From: a virus
Lineage: Duplodnaviria; Caudoviricetes
IMG/VR virus record: IMGVR_UViG_3300028624_000003
Span: 32,001-96,000 of that record
Direction: 5' to 3' (one strand)
Length of the DNA stretch: 64,000 nucleotides
A program made the translations under genes and the position numbers. Under the pieces are notes generated by a model. It was given only the letters and a program-made list of their open reading frames with translations, had not been told where the DNA came from and made no database searches. Shown here one piece after another: positions 48,919 to 59,191 of the stretch (within the stretch, counting starts at the first letter, position 1; every line of letters starts with the position of its first letter).

Positions 48919-51741
48919 GTGAAAAGTAATAACATCAGCATGTTCCCCGTGCATCGTGCAGGTGCTGCGATATCTGGGGACGGAATGACGGCGAGTAAAG
49001 TAGATACTGCAGAACTCGTCATCGGTAGTGCTGCCGCAGTTACCTCCGTAGCAGTGGACGAGGTAGAAGGTATTCCGTCTGAGCTTGTCGGTGGTTCTGC
49101 ATTTAAGAAACAGATGCAGAAAGTGCACGAAAGTATTCGTGACATCGATCCTGACAACAATTTCTTCCGTGACAATACTGTCATTACTCTGCCGCTTCTT
49201 CCGCAATCGTTTGCTGAAGGTGTACTTGGATGGACTCTTGTCAACTGGAAGATAGTCGAAGGGCAGGCTTTCTTTACAGGTACCAACAATCTTCACGAAC
49301 CTAACTACCTCCAGATGGATAGTAGTGTATTCAATTCTCCTGGATACTACTTCCTTCACATCAATGTACCTCGACTCGACTCTGGTGCGCTTAAACTGTA
49401 CGACGCAGGAGGAAATGAACTCTTTGCGATCACGGAGTACGGCACCAAATCATTTGAGATATTTGTAGCAGATCCCACCATTGCCAGCTACAAACTGATT
49501 GCAGATGGTGTATACCCTGACGAAGTACTTTGTGTGGGTAGTGTATCGCTTCATCGAGTTACTCCGCGTCTGAAAGAATATCTCACGTATATTTTTTCTG
49601 GTGAAGGTAACATCGGTGTATCTCGTGAAGAGTTGACTGCGGCTATACGGGAATCCAATCGACTCACTGCCGAGCTCATCGCCAATCAGATTACTCCTAT
49701 ACGAGAGACCTTGGAGGTACACCTCCAAAGTTCCAATCCGCACAACGTCACATGGGAGATGATCGGAGCAGCGGCTGCTAACCATACTCACCAGATAGAA
49801 GATTTTGGTGGTGCTCCTTTACATCACACCCACACTCCTGAAGAGTGTGGCTCAGCTCCTATAGAGCACAGCCATACTCCTGAACAATGTGGTGCAGCTC
49901 CTGTAAATCACGGGCATACTGCAACTGAAGTTGGCGCATCTCCTTACGACCATACACATACGCCAGAATCCATTGGAGCGGCCAAGGATGTTCACACGCA
50001 CTCACTCGAAGACCTCGGGGCCGCCGCAAAACTGCACGTACACGATGAGTATACGACAGAGCAAGAAGCGGATACGATCGCTCGCACCGCAGCTTACGAG
50101 ATACTTGCGGCTGCCTTGGAACGTACGGCGCCAATGGTTGCTCCCATCACCCTTGCTTCGGCGCCTGCTGGTTCACTTCCTGACAAAATGGAAGATAGTA
50201 GTTTGTCGCATCCTGTGACACCAATCATTCTTCCGTACATAGTGCATAGATCGAGTGGTCACTACGACTACTTTGAAGGAGCTGCTGCTACCAACGTAGC
50301 TACACTGGACGGACATCCGATCCAGTATGCATTCAAGAAGCATCTCACTCCCGCCGATATGACTGCAAACGTAGCCGCGTTCTATTCTGCAACGGAAGAA
50401 CTTCAGGACTATGTACTAATTGAGTACTTCTTCCATACTGTCAGAAAAATTGATGCATACACATTCTTCAAGGATTCCACTGGTGCAATAGGTGGAGTTC
50501 CTACAGAATGGATGCTCATGGTAGATGGTGTACCTGTCAGAGAAACTGCAGGTGAGCATCTGACTTGGTATACTGAGACATCAGTTACTGATGCACTCAA
50601 TCAGCCTGTCACTGGCCGAAGATTCTCATTCGTGGTCAAGAGAGTACATCGAGATGTGAGTGGTAACTGGGGTGTTCGTGTTGAGTTTTCTTTCGCAGAT
50701 GTGGCAGCCGGAAAGATGGCAATCTCCTCACCGATTACATTCATTGGAGCACACTCCGATGGAGTCAAATTGGTGTATCTCGACAGAGTACCTGAAATAG
50801 ATCCAGGACTCACCGAAAAGAACACCCCACTGTACGTGTACGTAGACTACACAAACGAAGCTGCTCCTGTGTTTAAGCTCAGTCCACTTCGTCCTGAGTA
50901 TAGTAACGTAAAGAAGGGGGTACCAGGACTGATTGGTAAGTTCGAAGGAAAGATCAATCAGTACTGGGGTCAACTTTCGGTTACTTCAGAAAATCCTGCA
51001 CATCCGGTAGAGAATATCTACGGAGACGATGAAGGGTACTTCAGATCTGCAGGTGGTGTCACTGATGCCACGATTGTACATCTGTTCAATGAGCCGATCG
51101 ACATTTGTGGTCATCGACTGGTATTTTCTAAGGACACTCTCGACGAGAAGATAGTGCCTGACAAATGGACATTGAAGATGTTCAAATCGGACAATACCGA
51201 AATATTGGTAGAGTCCGTGGAGTCGTATTGCCCTGCACGAGGCAACGGCGATGGTGAACAGACCTGGTGGATTCAGGACTATGATCTGATCTACAAGGAT
51301 ATCGTGAGAGTAGAACTCAAGCTTTATGGTACACGAAACCAGATTGCGTTGGGTCTTTGGAAATTCATCCTGATGTTCGATAGTGTACACTTCAACATAC
51401 GGATGTGTCTACTCTCCCCAGAAACGATGTTTCCTCTGGGAAGACTGGAGTATACAACGAATCACGATAAGTCGTGGGCTGGGATGATTCATAGTGGTCT
51501 GGTACTCGGGGATTCTTGTCATCTACCGATCGACCACTTCAATCCTCAGCCATCTGGAATACGAGTCCACACAATACCGAATCCGTTCGGGACTAAGGAC
51601 ATCGACTACACCGTGTTTGCGTTGGAAATACCCGGACAGCAACAACCATTAGGGAACGTAGAACAGATCACTGATGAGTACATCAGGTTCACCTCTATGG
51701 GTCCTGGTAGATACTCTTTGCGCATATCCAGAAACTGGTAA
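48919..51741 (+). CDS. Tail fibre-like protein with HxH repeats and probable beta-sandwich C-terminal domains
   Basis: NPH motif, seven 14-aa GAAP..HxH repeats; start codon uncertain. Confidence 0.75.
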   Translation: MKSNNISMFPVHRAGAAISGDGMTASKVDTAELVIGSAAAVTSVAVDEVEGIPSELVGGSAFKKQMQKVHESIRDIDPDNNFFRDNTVITLPLLPQSFAEGVLGWTLVNWKIVEGQAFFTGTNNLHEPNYLQMDSSVFNSPGYYFLHINVPRLDSGALKLYDAGGNELFAITEYGTKSFEIFVADPTIASYKLIADGVYPDEVLCVGSVSLHRVTPRLKEYLTYIFSGEGNIGVSREELTAAIRESNRLTAELIANQITPIRETLEVHLQSSNPHNVTWEMIGAAAANHTHQIEDFGGAPLHHTHTPEECGSAPIEHSHTPEQCGAAPVNHGHTATEVGASPYDHTHTPESIGAAKDVHTHSLEDLGAAAKLHVHDEYTTEQEADTIARTAAYEILAAALERTAPMVAPITLASAPAGSLPDKMEDSSLSHPVTPIILPYIVHRSSGHYDYFEGAAATNVATLDGHPIQYAFKKHLTPADMTANVAAFYSATEELQDYVLIEYFFHTVRKIDAYTFFKDSTGAIGGVPTEWMLMVDGVPVRETAGEHLTWYTETSVTDALNQPVTGRRFSFVVKRVHRDVSGNWGVRVEFSFADVAAGKMAISSPITFIGAHSDGVKLVYLDRVPEIDPGLTEKNTPLYVYVDYTNEAAPVFKLSPLRPEYSNVKKGVPGLIGKFEGKINQYWGQLSVTSENPAHPVENIYGDDEGYFRSAGGVTDATIVHLFNEPIDICGHRLVFSKDTLDEKIVPDKWTLKMFKSDNTEILVESVESYCPARGNGDGEQTWWIQDYDLIYKDIVRVELKLYGTRNQIALGLWKFILMFDSVHFNIRMCLLSPETMFPLGRLEYTTNHDKSWAGMIHSGLVLGDSCHLPIDHFNPQPSGIRVHTIPNPFGTKDIDYTVFALEIPGQQQPLGNVEQITDEYIRFTSMGPGRYSLRISRNW

Positions 51742-51847
51742 CAACAACTCTGAGTAGAGACCCCTCACAGGGTCTCTACTCAGTGTCTACTTTTTTATTC
51801 GCATATGCCGTAATATACGTTACCTCGGAAATCGAAAGAATTCGAGG

Positions 51848-51865
51848 TATACATTACAATATTGA
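51848..51865 (+). promoter_or_regulatory. Phage early-type promoter motif
   Basis: TATACATTAC-aatat-TGA. Confidence 0.7.
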
Positions 51866-51905
51866 GATACCTCCACTAACCCTCAACACCATGAGGACTT
51901 CCATC

Positions 51906-53822
51906 ATGTCTCAAAGACCCAAAATGAGCTGGCGTAGGCAGATCACCAGAGCAATCGAAGACGATCTTCGGTTCATGAATTCGTCGAAGTTCTCTCCTCC
52001 CAGCAAGTTGACGTTGACCACTGGCGCATCCGGAACTCTGTTTGAGTTTGGCGGACAGGATGACGTACACGGTATCGCTACGATCATCGCGGCACCCGGC
52101 GGTCAGCCTTCTCACACCCGAGTACTGAACTACCCGGAACCATGTGGTCTGCATTCTGCTGTGACTGTCTGGCCCGGGTGCGTGGTACTCATCGCAGGTC
52201 ATCGACTCGGTAGCATCCGTAGTGCGCTCTACCGTGTGGATAACGTGATCGTCGCAGACGGCCGTGACCAGTTCGGGAAAGCAGAGCTTACGCTTCTCGG
52301 CAGCATCGAGAACCTGACCAGGCGTGAAGATGTCACGTGGATCTCGGAATGGGCAGCAGAGATTCCTCTGATCGTGCACGCGTATCGTGCACTGATGGAT
52401 AAGCTGTTCACCTTCAAGTGCACGAAACCGATGTACCTCGAGTGGTTCCGTGAACTGAAGTCCGACGAGTACCGTGGCATCAGCAAGAAGATGCTCGAGT
52501 TCGTACAGAAAGACCAGGAAGGCGGAAACTACGTGGGTCTCGACGGCCGCTCGGTTGATACCGAGAACATAGTCAACACGTACGACACGCTCATTCGGGA
52601 AATGACAGCATACGCAGACGAGATCCACAAGAAGACCAATCACTTCGTGTGGTGCACTCTCGCGTATCTGCAACTCGAACCTGGCGAATTCGTGGTTCAT
52701 GGACGAATCGTTCACTCCAAATACGGCTTCCGTGATACGGAAATTCACGTGGGTGATCGTCTCTACATCTTCAACGTCGACTGCGACGAGAAGGTGGAAA
52801 CGATCGACGATTTCTTCCATCGGCACCTCGAAGAATACCGCAGAGCTCTTCTCGGCCGGTACCGTGTGGCGAAACATCTGTTCGCACACATTCACCGCAA
52901 CGACGCCATCAATGGTCTCGGAAGCACCGTAAGTGCACAGATCTGCAGATACGCGCAGTGCTGCCACCGGCAGCTGTCTTCGCAAGAAATCGCTACGATC
53001 CGTGCAGCGGAAGAAAAGGACGATGTCAGCGTGAAAATCGAGATCCCGAAAGTCGAACTTCCTGTGAAGCAGCAGGAAGAAGCACCTGCCGAAGTACTGA
53101 CAGAAACGGCTGTAGAACCGGAAGTACAGCCTGTCGAGGAGTACACACTGGAACAGACTGTAGAAGTTCCTGCAGCCCAACTTGCGGAAGAACTCACGAT
53201 GGAAGATGAAGAGCCTACGCAGGCTCCTCTGGAATCCGTACTGATCACCGAGGAAGTATCCGACACTTCCACTGCGGAAGTGGCTGCCGCTGAGGAAGTT
53301 CATACAGAACCTGAGATGGAACAGGAACCGACTGCATCCTATCCTGCAGATACCACCGAACAAAGCGTAACGGGGGATCATGAAGAAGTCGAAGAAACTG
53401 AACCCGTGCTGTTGCAGGAAGTGGAAAACGTGACGATCCACCTGGGACTTCCAGAAACCTTCGACGTGATCGAGCCGCAGGAAGAAACGGTCACTGTCGA
53501 TGTAACTGAGGAAAACCCCAAGGCCGAACCTGCGTTCGATATCGAAAACGGTGTCGATCTTTCGGTCAGTAACGAAGAAAAGAAATCGACATGGTTCGAT
53601 ACATCGATTCGTCAGCTCGCAGAAGGCGTGCACATCCAGTCGATAACCGTCAAAGAGGTTGTCGTGATGGATCGCGCATCCGAGACGAGAATCGGTAGTG
53701 ACCACCCCGACTACAGTGCCGTCACCTTTGAAGTGAACGACACCTTCACGGTCGTCGCAAATGCGCCCGGTCATTTGTACGTGGGCAAAGCAATCGTGAC
53801 GATCATCGGCTCCCAGAAGTAG
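51906..53822 (+). CDS. Hypothetical protein with a long Glu-rich linker
   Basis: GAGG RBS before ATG 51906, downstream of the promoter motif. Confidence 0.75.
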   Translation: MSQRPKMSWRRQITRAIEDDLRFMNSSKFSPPSKLTLTTGASGTLFEFGGQDDVHGIATIIAAPGGQPSHTRVLNYPEPCGLHSAVTVWPGCVVLIAGHRLGSIRSALYRVDNVIVADGRDQFGKAELTLLGSIENLTRREDVTWISEWAAEIPLIVHAYRALMDKLFTFKCTKPMYLEWFRELKSDEYRGISKKMLEFVQKDQEGGNYVGLDGRSVDTENIVNTYDTLIREMTAYADEIHKKTNHFVWCTLAYLQLEPGEFVVHGRIVHSKYGFRDTEIHVGDRLYIFNVDCDEKVETIDDFFHRHLEEYRRALLGRYRVAKHLFAHIHRNDAINGLGSTVSAQICRYAQCCHRQLSSQEIATIRAAEEKDDVSVKIEIPKVELPVKQQEEAPAEVLTETAVEPEVQPVEEYTLEQTVEVPAAQLAEELTMEDEEPTQAPLESVLITEEVSDTSTAEVAAAEEVHTEPEMEQEPTASYPADTTEQSVTGDHEEVEETEPVLLQEVENVTIHLGLPETFDVIEPQEETVTVDVTEENPKAEPAFDIENGVDLSVSNEEKKSTWFDTSIRQLAEGVHIQSITVKEVVVMDRASETRIGSDHPDYSAVTFEVNDTFTVVANAPGHLYVGKAIVTIIGSQK

Positions 53823-53905
53823 CGATACGCAGGAGAGTACGGAGGGTTCCTCCGTACTCTCCATTTACTAAACAAATGCTATAACTTTTTGAAAGGAGTA
53901 GAACT

Positions 53906-54098
53906 ATGGCCATGCCAGGATGCGTAAAGATGTCGGACCTTGTTTACCGTATGCGGCAAACTTCTGGGGGTATCCCAGCAGTTGGTCAGTGGTGTATGGG
54001 TACCTGCAAGATGTTATCATGTACCCAATCTGAAGAAAAGATTCAAACTTGCTTGGGGCGTATTCACCGGTAAATACAATGCTCTTCATTGGGAATGA
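53906..54098 (+). pseudogene. Small phage protein interrupted by a +1 frameshift
   Basis: AAGGAG RBS and ATG 53906; removing one G from the G5 run at 53966-53970 joins it to ...GVWVPARCY...RFKLAWGVFTGKYNALHWE*. Confidence 0.55.
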
Positions 54099-54173
54099 GA
54101 TAGAGGATCTCCTTCGGGAGATCCTCTATTTTCAAATATTATGCCCTAAATTTTTTACACAGTGAGGCGTTTC

Positions 54174-56408
54174 ATGGCCAATACAGAGCAAAAATCTCCG
54201 GGATCTACGCTCGCTCCATCGAGCGTCTCTTCTCCGGAACTGATAGGTGGAAAGACCAAAACCGATCGATTCCAGATGGGTGGAGTGGAAGTAAACGGTA
54301 TCACTCATGACCACCAATCCGCAGACCCTGGAAAGTTGTCGACAGCATTTGCTCTTGCCAGCAGCATGATCGGGGTGAATCGTGATTTGGAAGAAATGAG
54401 AAATACCTTGGGAAAGGTATATTTCTCACCAGTACTTTCAGATCCAATTCTCAATCCTTTCTTTGTTGATACGAACTGGGGCTTTGATGGTTTTACTATT
54501 GATGTCAACGAACTGCTCTACATCAACAAAAAGCCAGTAATCCCCGCACAGGCCACTGCCCGTGTATTGACTCCTGCATTTCAGAAGCCCGGTCGACATT
54601 TCGTGTATCTTGTGGTAACAGAACTTACCTCAGGGTCTATCACCCTCTCCAACGAAAAGGGTATCATCCTCAAAGAAATCACCATTCCGGGTGAGTACTC
54701 TTTGGAGATTGAAGTAGAACAACCATCGATCGCATTGCTCGATATCGTCGCGAATAACATCAATACGAACGAGTCGTGCCGAATTGCATGTATTTTCGTT
54801 CACTATGTCAAGACTGCATTCAATCGATACATGGATTACATGGCATCGAAAATGCTGTCAGGTGGATCAGGATTTGCATCTGTGGCGTATGTCGATACTG
54901 TCGGGTCAAATGTACTCAGACAGGCACGCGATTATACAGACGTACGTCTTACCTCGTTCGGGGAAGACATCGAGATGCACCTCAGATCCAAAAATAATCC
55001 GCATGGTGTGACGTACGATCAGACAGGTGCAGCACCATTGCATCACACACACATCGCGTCAGACTGCGGGGCAGCAGAAGTTAATCATACCCACACCCCA
55101 GAACAAGCAGGCGCCGCTCCTATTGTGCACACGCACACACCCAGTGAATGCGGAGCCGCTGCCGTAGTTCATACTCACACACCTGATCAGTGTGGAGCAG
55201 CTCCAGTATCTCACGATCACTCGATCAATGATCTGCGAGACTACAATCTCATTGAAGCCGAGTTCAATCGCGTCTATGCTGCAATTGCTGCAGGTGGTAG
55301 CGATACTTCTGCAATCCAGACTGCGCTCAGTTCACATACGGGGAACCGTGACAATCCTCACGCAGTAACCAAAGTTCAGGTAGGTCTTGGTGAGGTAGTG
55401 AATGCACCTATGGCTACTGATCAAGAAGCCATAGACGGAGTATTGACGAATCGGTACATGAATCCTGCGACCACCCGCATGGCACTTGCCAGTACTCTGG
55501 CACAACCAAATGTATCTACTGCACAATTCACACCAATCAAGAAAGCAGTACTCGATTTTCAGGGAGAAATGGAAGTATTCAACCTCCTCATCGAAAAAGA
55601 TCGAGTATACTGGATCTTGATAGATTGCGAAGAGAGCATGAGTCTCAAAGATTTGGCACTAACCATCGATACACTCGGTGGGGCTGAGAATATACGCAAC
55701 TCTTTCGTTGTGCCGACCACGATCACGACGCCTGAAGGTGAAGTATCTGTGATGGCAAAGAAAGATGTCGTAGCTAATCACTTCAAGCTCATGCATCCTG
55801 ATCAAGGAATAAACGGAGGGGGTGGACACCTCGTACTGGATACGAGGACCATGACTCTTTCCGGTACTATTCAGGGTAGAGTACTGGATCAGATTACTGG
55901 TGCTGAACTGAATGATTCAGTAGGATTTCCTGTAAATGTCTCTTCTGGATACAAGATGAATGCTGTCCCTCAGACTGTACAATCGCTGATCGTACATTCA
56001 TGGAGCGGTCAACCTGTATTTGCTACAGTCACAGTATTTGAAGTAGTACAGACTACTCAGCAGCCTGCGTTGGTGGTTGACGCTACACCTGTAGGTATGT
56101 TGGTGTTCCGTATGTCGTCAGATCCTGTACATGGCTGGATCTACCCTGATGGTTCTGAGTTACTGCGAGAGTCCTACCCTGAGTTGTTCAGATACGCACA
56201 GGAAAACAACCTGCTGGTGTCTGAACAAGAGTGGCAGCAGCTAGTCACAGATACAGGAAGAACCAATAAGTATTCTTTGGGTGACGGATACACCACGTTC
56301 CGTGTACCTAAGTTTACTATTCCTGACATGACTGCGTATATCAAAGCACGCCATGTGCAAGTACCTGATGAAGGTGAAATACTTTACCGTACGATATGGG
56401 AGGCATAA
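54174..56408 (+). CDS. Tail fibre protein with HxH repeats and a C-terminal tail-collar domain
   Basis: Five HxH repeats, NPHAVTKVQVGLG, TPVG...GWIYPDG.ELLRESYPELF...GDGYTTFRVP. Confidence 0.8.
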   Translation: MANTEQKSPGSTLAPSSVSSPELIGGKTKTDRFQMGGVEVNGITHDHQSADPGKLSTAFALASSMIGVNRDLEEMRNTLGKVYFSPVLSDPILNPFFVDTNWGFDGFTIDVNELLYINKKPVIPAQATARVLTPAFQKPGRHFVYLVVTELTSGSITLSNEKGIILKEITIPGEYSLEIEVEQPSIALLDIVANNINTNESCRIACIFVHYVKTAFNRYMDYMASKMLSGGSGFASVAYVDTVGSNVLRQARDYTDVRLTSFGEDIEMHLRSKNNPHGVTYDQTGAAPLHHTHIASDCGAAEVNHTHTPEQAGAAPIVHTHTPSECGAAAVVHTHTPDQCGAAPVSHDHSINDLRDYNLIEAEFNRVYAAIAAGGSDTSAIQTALSSHTGNRDNPHAVTKVQVGLGEVVNAPMATDQEAIDGVLTNRYMNPATTRMALASTLAQPNVSTAQFTPIKKAVLDFQGEMEVFNLLIEKDRVYWILIDCEESMSLKDLALTIDTLGGAENIRNSFVVPTTITTPEGEVSVMAKKDVVANHFKLMHPDQGINGGGGHLVLDTRTMTLSGTIQGRVLDQITGAELNDSVGFPVNVSSGYKMNAVPQTVQSLIVHSWSGQPVFATVTVFEVVQTTQQPALVVDATPVGMLVFRMSSDPVHGWIYPDGSELLRESYPELFRYAQENNLLVSEQEWQQLVTDTGRTNKYSLGDGYTTFRVPKFTIPDMTAYIKARHVQVPDEGEILYRTIWEA

Positions 56409-56765
56409 ATGTCCGAGAACTTTGACGCGATTGTTGCAGCTGAACCTGGTACCAGAAACTGGGTGCGAGTACTTTTTCCTGAAGACATTCCTCCCGGATA
56501 TATCCGGATGGCTGGTCTTCCTCCGAACAATGGTGACACCGTGATGGTGGCATCTGAATCTGGAGAGTGGGAGATTCCTGCCGATAACTATACGAAACTC
56601 TACAACGAGGAAATCCGGAAAATTCGCAAACGCGAATATCTGCAGGCCGCTTCCATCGAGGAACAACTCGAAGCAATATTCGAGTACCAGATGGGAAATA
56701 CTGCCAAACTGGAATCGATCGTAGAGAAGATGAAAGCTATCCGTGAAGCACACCCCAAGAGCTAA
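56409..56765 (+). CDS. Probable tail fibre assembly chaperone
   Basis: Abuts the fibre gene; IRKIRKREY...EQLEA...AIREAHPK. Confidence 0.6.
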   Translation: MSENFDAIVAAEPGTRNWVRVLFPEDIPPGYIRMAGLPPNNGDTVMVASESGEWEIPADNYTKLYNEEIRKIRKREYLQAASIEEQLEAIFEYQMGNTAKLESIVEKMKAIREAHPKS

Positions 56766-56822
56766 GAAATACAGCATCTCAGAGGAGTGGCATTGCCACT
56801 CCTCTGAGGGCTTTTGTCTGTA

Positions 56823-57734
56823 TTAGACGTTAAGATACTTTCTCACCAGTTTCAAGACTTCCACGAAATTGTGTTCTACTCTACCCATGTCTTGGATAGT
56901 TACACCATACATGTCAAACATCTTGGCGTAGTAGAGCGACAACTCGGATAGCGTAGTGAGCTGTTGTTTGGAAATGGAGACCCCATCTTTTTCGATGAAG
57001 TTTATGATCTCCGTAAGCAGCGCACTACATGTTTCCATGTTCTTGACAACTGATGCCACTTCGTAGTGGTACTTAGCCGAGTCCAAAAGCAGTTCGTAAG
57101 TTCCTTGGAGCTCTTCCTTGGATTTGATGACTTTGCTCATCTGAATATCCCGAAGATGCTGCCCCACAAAACAACGATTAAACTGCTTGAACTTTGCGGT
57201 CACTGCCGGCAAATTACTCGGCAGATCAAGATCTTCCAAAGTGACAGTCATCGCGAGGACCTGATTGCGCAAACTTTCAAGTCCTTTCACGAAACGATCA
57301 GTAGTTTCCTTCATCTGCATCACTAGCAGCAGATCGCTACCGTACTGAGTAGTTTGCAGATAAGGTTCAGACATCTTGTCAGGTACAGGAATCGAGATAT
57401 GTTTGACCATGTCGTAATCGAGATTCACGAGTCGCATGGTAGTGAACTTATTCGATTCCACGTAGTACACAAGTTCCGTTCTTTTCAGCGTTCTGTACGA
57501 ACGAAACACATTGGTCTTGAATGTGTTCAAGATGTGTCCGAAAGTATTCAGAATACCGAAGAGAACTCTGGTGAGACCAGATCCGAAGAACTCCACACCT
57601 CGAGGATCTTGGAATAAACCTTGGAGTCTTTCGAGGTTGTGTTCTGCAAAGTTCTGGATGTCAGAGAATTCCAGAACTTCGTCTGCTTTCATGTATCGAA
57701 AATCTTCAAGTTCAGAGGAGATGTTTTTGAGCAT
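56823..57734 (-). CDS. Hypothetical protein
   Basis: 303 aa, co-oriented with the fibre-like operon. Confidence 0.75.
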   Translation of the reverse strand: MLKNISSELEDFRYMKADEVLEFSDIQNFAEHNLERLQGLFQDPRGVEFFGSGLTRVLFGILNTFGHILNTFKTNVFRSYRTLKRTELVYYVESNKFTTMRLVNLDYDMVKHISIPVPDKMSEPYLQTTQYGSDLLLVMQMKETTDRFVKGLESLRNQVLAMTVTLEDLDLPSNLPAVTAKFKQFNRCFVGQHLRDIQMSKVIKSKEELQGTYELLLDSAKYHYEVASVVKNMETCSALLTEIINFIEKDGVSISKQQLTTLSELSLYYAKMFDMYGVTIQDMGRVEHNFVEVLKLVRKYLNV

Positions 57735-57737
57735 GTC

Positions 57738-59189
57738 CTACCTCTTGAAGATGACGATGCGTGCACGCAAAGGCGTAGTAACAGTAGGGAAGCTAGCTCC
57801 GAAAGGGGAACCAGATTCTTTACCGCTGGCAAGGAAACCCATCAGACCAGATTGCAGTATGATTCGCTTCAGCGGACCAGTCTGATGAGGTTCTGCTCGT
57901 ACCCCGATCTGGTCGTTCCAACCCGTCTGTCCCCAGTTTCCATTGTACTCTACTTCCGCGTACATATCGGTCTCGCCAAGGAACGGATTGTAGTAAAGAT
58001 CACGTCCACCCAAGATGATTGGGATTGTAGCAGGAATGATCGTACGATCCCCGACTGGTGCGCAGATGACCTGGGTGATTACTCCAGAAAGAACTACCAG
58101 TTTCGCGATGTATACACGCAATACTGGAGCGTCCGAAGAATTAAACATCACGCAGCGTGCAGTATCGAAAAAGTCACCGACGTGACCATCGCGAAGTGCC
58201 CCTTCTTTGTAAGGGAATGCGGTCAGATTGAACGTGGTGAATTGAGCCTTCTCGTTGAGATTTGCTGCCACGTAATAGATCCCGTCTGCGGCGTTTGCAG
58301 GAAGATCCACATTCACAGGTGCGATAAGTTCAAAACTTTCCCGTACCTTACCAGAGTCAGCAAATGCGACGACCAGACCTTCATTGATTCTCAAGCGAGT
58401 ATCCGTGGACTTCTCCACAGGAATAGCGGGCTGGCTACAATCAAGCTGCGACCACCCCACAGGACGTGGGCCCATTTTCGATTTCATGATCGATTGCGGA
58501 GCAACCGCCATGTTTATCTGTATCCAAGATTTGACAGCAGTGTGTGTCATCTTGGGTGTCATGTACAAATCGTCACGAGTTTCGTCAGAGCACGTTTCAG
58601 CAGTAGCTGGAGCGTAGTTAGCTACACTGCCGAGACCTACCTGACCTTTACTGACCTCGTGTGGATTTTCTTTGTTCTGTACATGTGCGATGTGCGCATC
58701 ATTCAACACCGAAGTGGCCTTCGTTGTTGCGAGTACTTCGGAATCTCCGAGTGTGGGATCGTCACTCTTAGCATTCGGAATGTTACCCAGACCCACTTGT
58801 GTCTTGTCAGTGGCGTGAGGATTGTCGTGATCGTTACGGTGATCCCTGATCAGGTTATTCACCACATCCAGTAGTGCCGCCAAATACGTGATATCCTCAG
58901 AAGGATCCAGTGTACCGTAAGGACGAATAGTCAGTTCACCTTGGCCGTCTATAGCCTTAGCGTATGCAAACTGATTCAATTCGGTACTCACTTCGAAAAT
59001 GGATCCACCTATCTCCACGGGATCGATACCGCTTGCAGCGAGCGATTCGTCAGTGGGCGGAGCATCTGTGGATGCAATACGTACGATGCTTATCGGGTGT
59101 CCGGATTTGTTCCTGATGGTAAACGGACCATCGACACCTTCAAGTTTGGTCCAGTTAGCATCGGTCAGGCTTATGGTTACGACTGCCAT
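57738..59189 (-). CDS. Tail fibre-like protein
   Basis: Two NPH..K.QVGLG repeats; GGAG RBS before ATG 59189. Confidence 0.75.
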   Translation of the reverse strand: MAVVTISLTDANWTKLEGVDGPFTIRNKSGHPISIVRIASTDAPPTDESLAASGIDPVEIGGSIFEVSTELNQFAYAKAIDGQGELTIRPYGTLDPSEDITYLAALLDVVNNLIRDHRNDHDNPHATDKTQVGLGNIPNAKSDDPTLGDSEVLATTKATSVLNDAHIAHVQNKENPHEVSKGQVGLGSVANYAPATAETCSDETRDDLYMTPKMTHTAVKSWIQINMAVAPQSIMKSKMGPRPVGWSQLDCSQPAIPVEKSTDTRLRINEGLVVAFADSGKVRESFELIAPVNVDLPANAADGIYYVAANLNEKAQFTTFNLTAFPYKEGALRDGHVGDFFDTARCVMFNSSDAPVLRVYIAKLVVLSGVITQVICAPVGDRTIIPATIPIILGGRDLYYNPFLGETDMYAEVEYNGNWGQTGWNDQIGVRAEPHQTGPLKRIILQSGLMGFLASGKESGSPFGASFPTVTTPLRARIVIFKR

Positions 59190-59191
59190 GT

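Noticed and set aside
49765-50050. 42-bp periodicity as a CRISPR array or DGR repeat
   Set aside because: The repeats are degenerate at the DNA level and conserved as protein; no cas or reverse transcriptase gene is in the window.
51876-53864. 662-aa - strand ORF
   Set aside because: Antisense shadow of the Glu-rich gene; its F/L/R-rich composition is the mirror-codon pattern.
10742-54143. TATG late-promoter motifs upstream of structural genes (for example near 10743, 11887, 18739, 36241, 54140)
   Set aside because: Consistent with the phiKZ late consensus, but a 4-mer is too short to support individual calls without TSS data.
57621-58874. 417-aa + strand ORF
   Set aside because: Antisense to a fibre gene that has clear motifs.
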